Assembly (NCBI GenBank): GCA_002269645.1
Contig: NIVC01000415.1
Coordinates: forward strand, 372,001-436,000
Reading direction: 5' to 3'
DNA length: 64,000 nucleotides
From: Macrostomum lignano
Taxonomy: Eukaryota
The notes under the pieces were generated by a model. It did no database searches and was not told where the DNA came from. It was given only the letters and a program-made list of their open reading frames with translations. The position numbers and the translations under genes are program-made. Positions 63,001 through 64,000 of the stretch are shown in pieces (positions within the stretch are counted from its first letter, which is position 1; each line of letters opens with the position of its first letter).

Positions 63001-63237
63001 GGAAACCAGCTTAGGCGTTGTGGACTCATCGGTACAAACTGACAGCCTGTTGTTGCCCACAGCGGATTGCTGCTGCTGCTGCTGCGGTACTGGAGGAAGT
63101 TTTTGCTGCTTCTGCACCGACGATTGCTGCTCCAAGCCGTGAAAGAAGTTCAAAATGTTCTTAGAAATGCCGGGCGGCGGCAGCTCATCTGCTTGGCTCG
63201 TTCGGCGCTTCAAGCGGCCTCGGATCGGGTCCGCCGT
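63001..63237 (-). CDS. ELPP-motif/polyQ gene copy 2, internal exon
   Basis: CCCCGCAG| TADPIRGRLKRR..DELPPPGISKNILNFFHGLE..PKLVS |GTAAGC, 237 nt, phase 0-0; upstream exons lie beyond the window. Confidence 0.72.
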
Positions 63238-63404
63238 CTGCGGGGTGGATGAGAGGGAGAGTGACAGTCTGCGAGTGACAGGCAGCGGATGAATGAAAGA
63301 ATTAAAAGCATGCAACTCCCTAAACAGAAATTTGACTGATGGACAAACATTGAAACTGTAATATTTAACACAAGAGTGACAGAAGTAGGACTTTGGAGTG
63401 ATAG

Positions 63405-63915
63405 AAATGAAACTAAGAGTGACAGAAATCAAGCTGAGAGTGACAGAAATCAAGCTGAGAGTGACAGAAATCAAGCTGAGAGGGACAGAAATCGAACTGA
63501 GAGTGACAGAAAAAATCTGAGAGTGACAGAAATGGAGCTGAGAGTGACAGAAATAAATCTGAGAGTGACAGAAATGAATCTGAGAGTGACAGAAATAAAT
63601 CTGAGAGTGACAGAAATGAATCTGAGAGTGACAGCAATGGAGCTGAGAGTGACAGAAATAAATCTGAGAGTGACAGAAATGAATCTGAGAGTGACAGCAA
63701 TGGAGCTGAGAGTGACAGAAATGAATCTGAGAGTGACAGAAATGAATCTGAGAGTGACAGAAATGGAGCTGAGAGTGACAGAAATAAATCTGAGAGTGAC
63801 AGAAATAAATCTGAGAGTGACAGAAATGAATCTGAGAGTGACAGAGATGAATCTGAGAGTGACAGATAAAAACTGAGAGTGACAGATAAAAACTGAGAGT
63901 GACAGATAAAACTTA
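63405..63915. repeat. 21-bp intronic minisatellite (CTGAGAGTGACAGAAATGAAT)
   Basis: Tandem units; the minus strand reads ATTCATTTCTGTCACTCTCAG. Confidence 0.94.
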
Positions 63916-64000
63916 CTTCGGGTGGTTCAGAATTATCCAGATTAGCAGATTTTTTATCTAAAGGCGCATCTGAAAGGTAATGAGAAATTTCAAAGCTCTT

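Overview
Eukaryotic (metazoan) genomic DNA. GC-rich spliced exons sit in a dense patchwork of about 25 minisatellite families plus transposon remnants. This architecture is typical of the flatworm Macrostomum lignano, but the species is an inference. Most long ORFs in the supplied track are translations of tandem repeats. By joining exons across GT-AG junctions by hand I support these genes: the 5' end of a SCYL2-like pseudokinase (-); a 282-aa ankyrin-repeat gene (+); a DEG/ENaC channel with a frame break (+); a 479-aa ankyrin-SOCS-box (ASB) gene (+); a membrane-anchored C-type-lectin-like gene (-) with a decayed paralogous exon; and a tandem segmental duplication (about 38.3-44.7 kb vs 55.6-61.9 kb). 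Each duplicated block carries a single-exon, TATA-driven, signal-peptide Trp-rich ~90-aa gene and the 3' exons of a polyQ protein with repeated ELPP..K.L..F/W motifs. Mobile elements: three copies of a tRNA-derived SINE (one holds a Harbinger MITE with a nested hAT-type MITE, another holds a different MITE), a deleted Ty3/Gypsy LTR element, an RNase H-bearing LINE 3' end, a Penelope-like remnant with a hammerhead-like motif, and a mariner TIR fragment. The two most intriguing observations are the duplicated Trp-rich secreted peptide and the recurrence of splice-site-like motifs as the monomers of many arrays. No database searches were run; family assignments rest on motif recognition.
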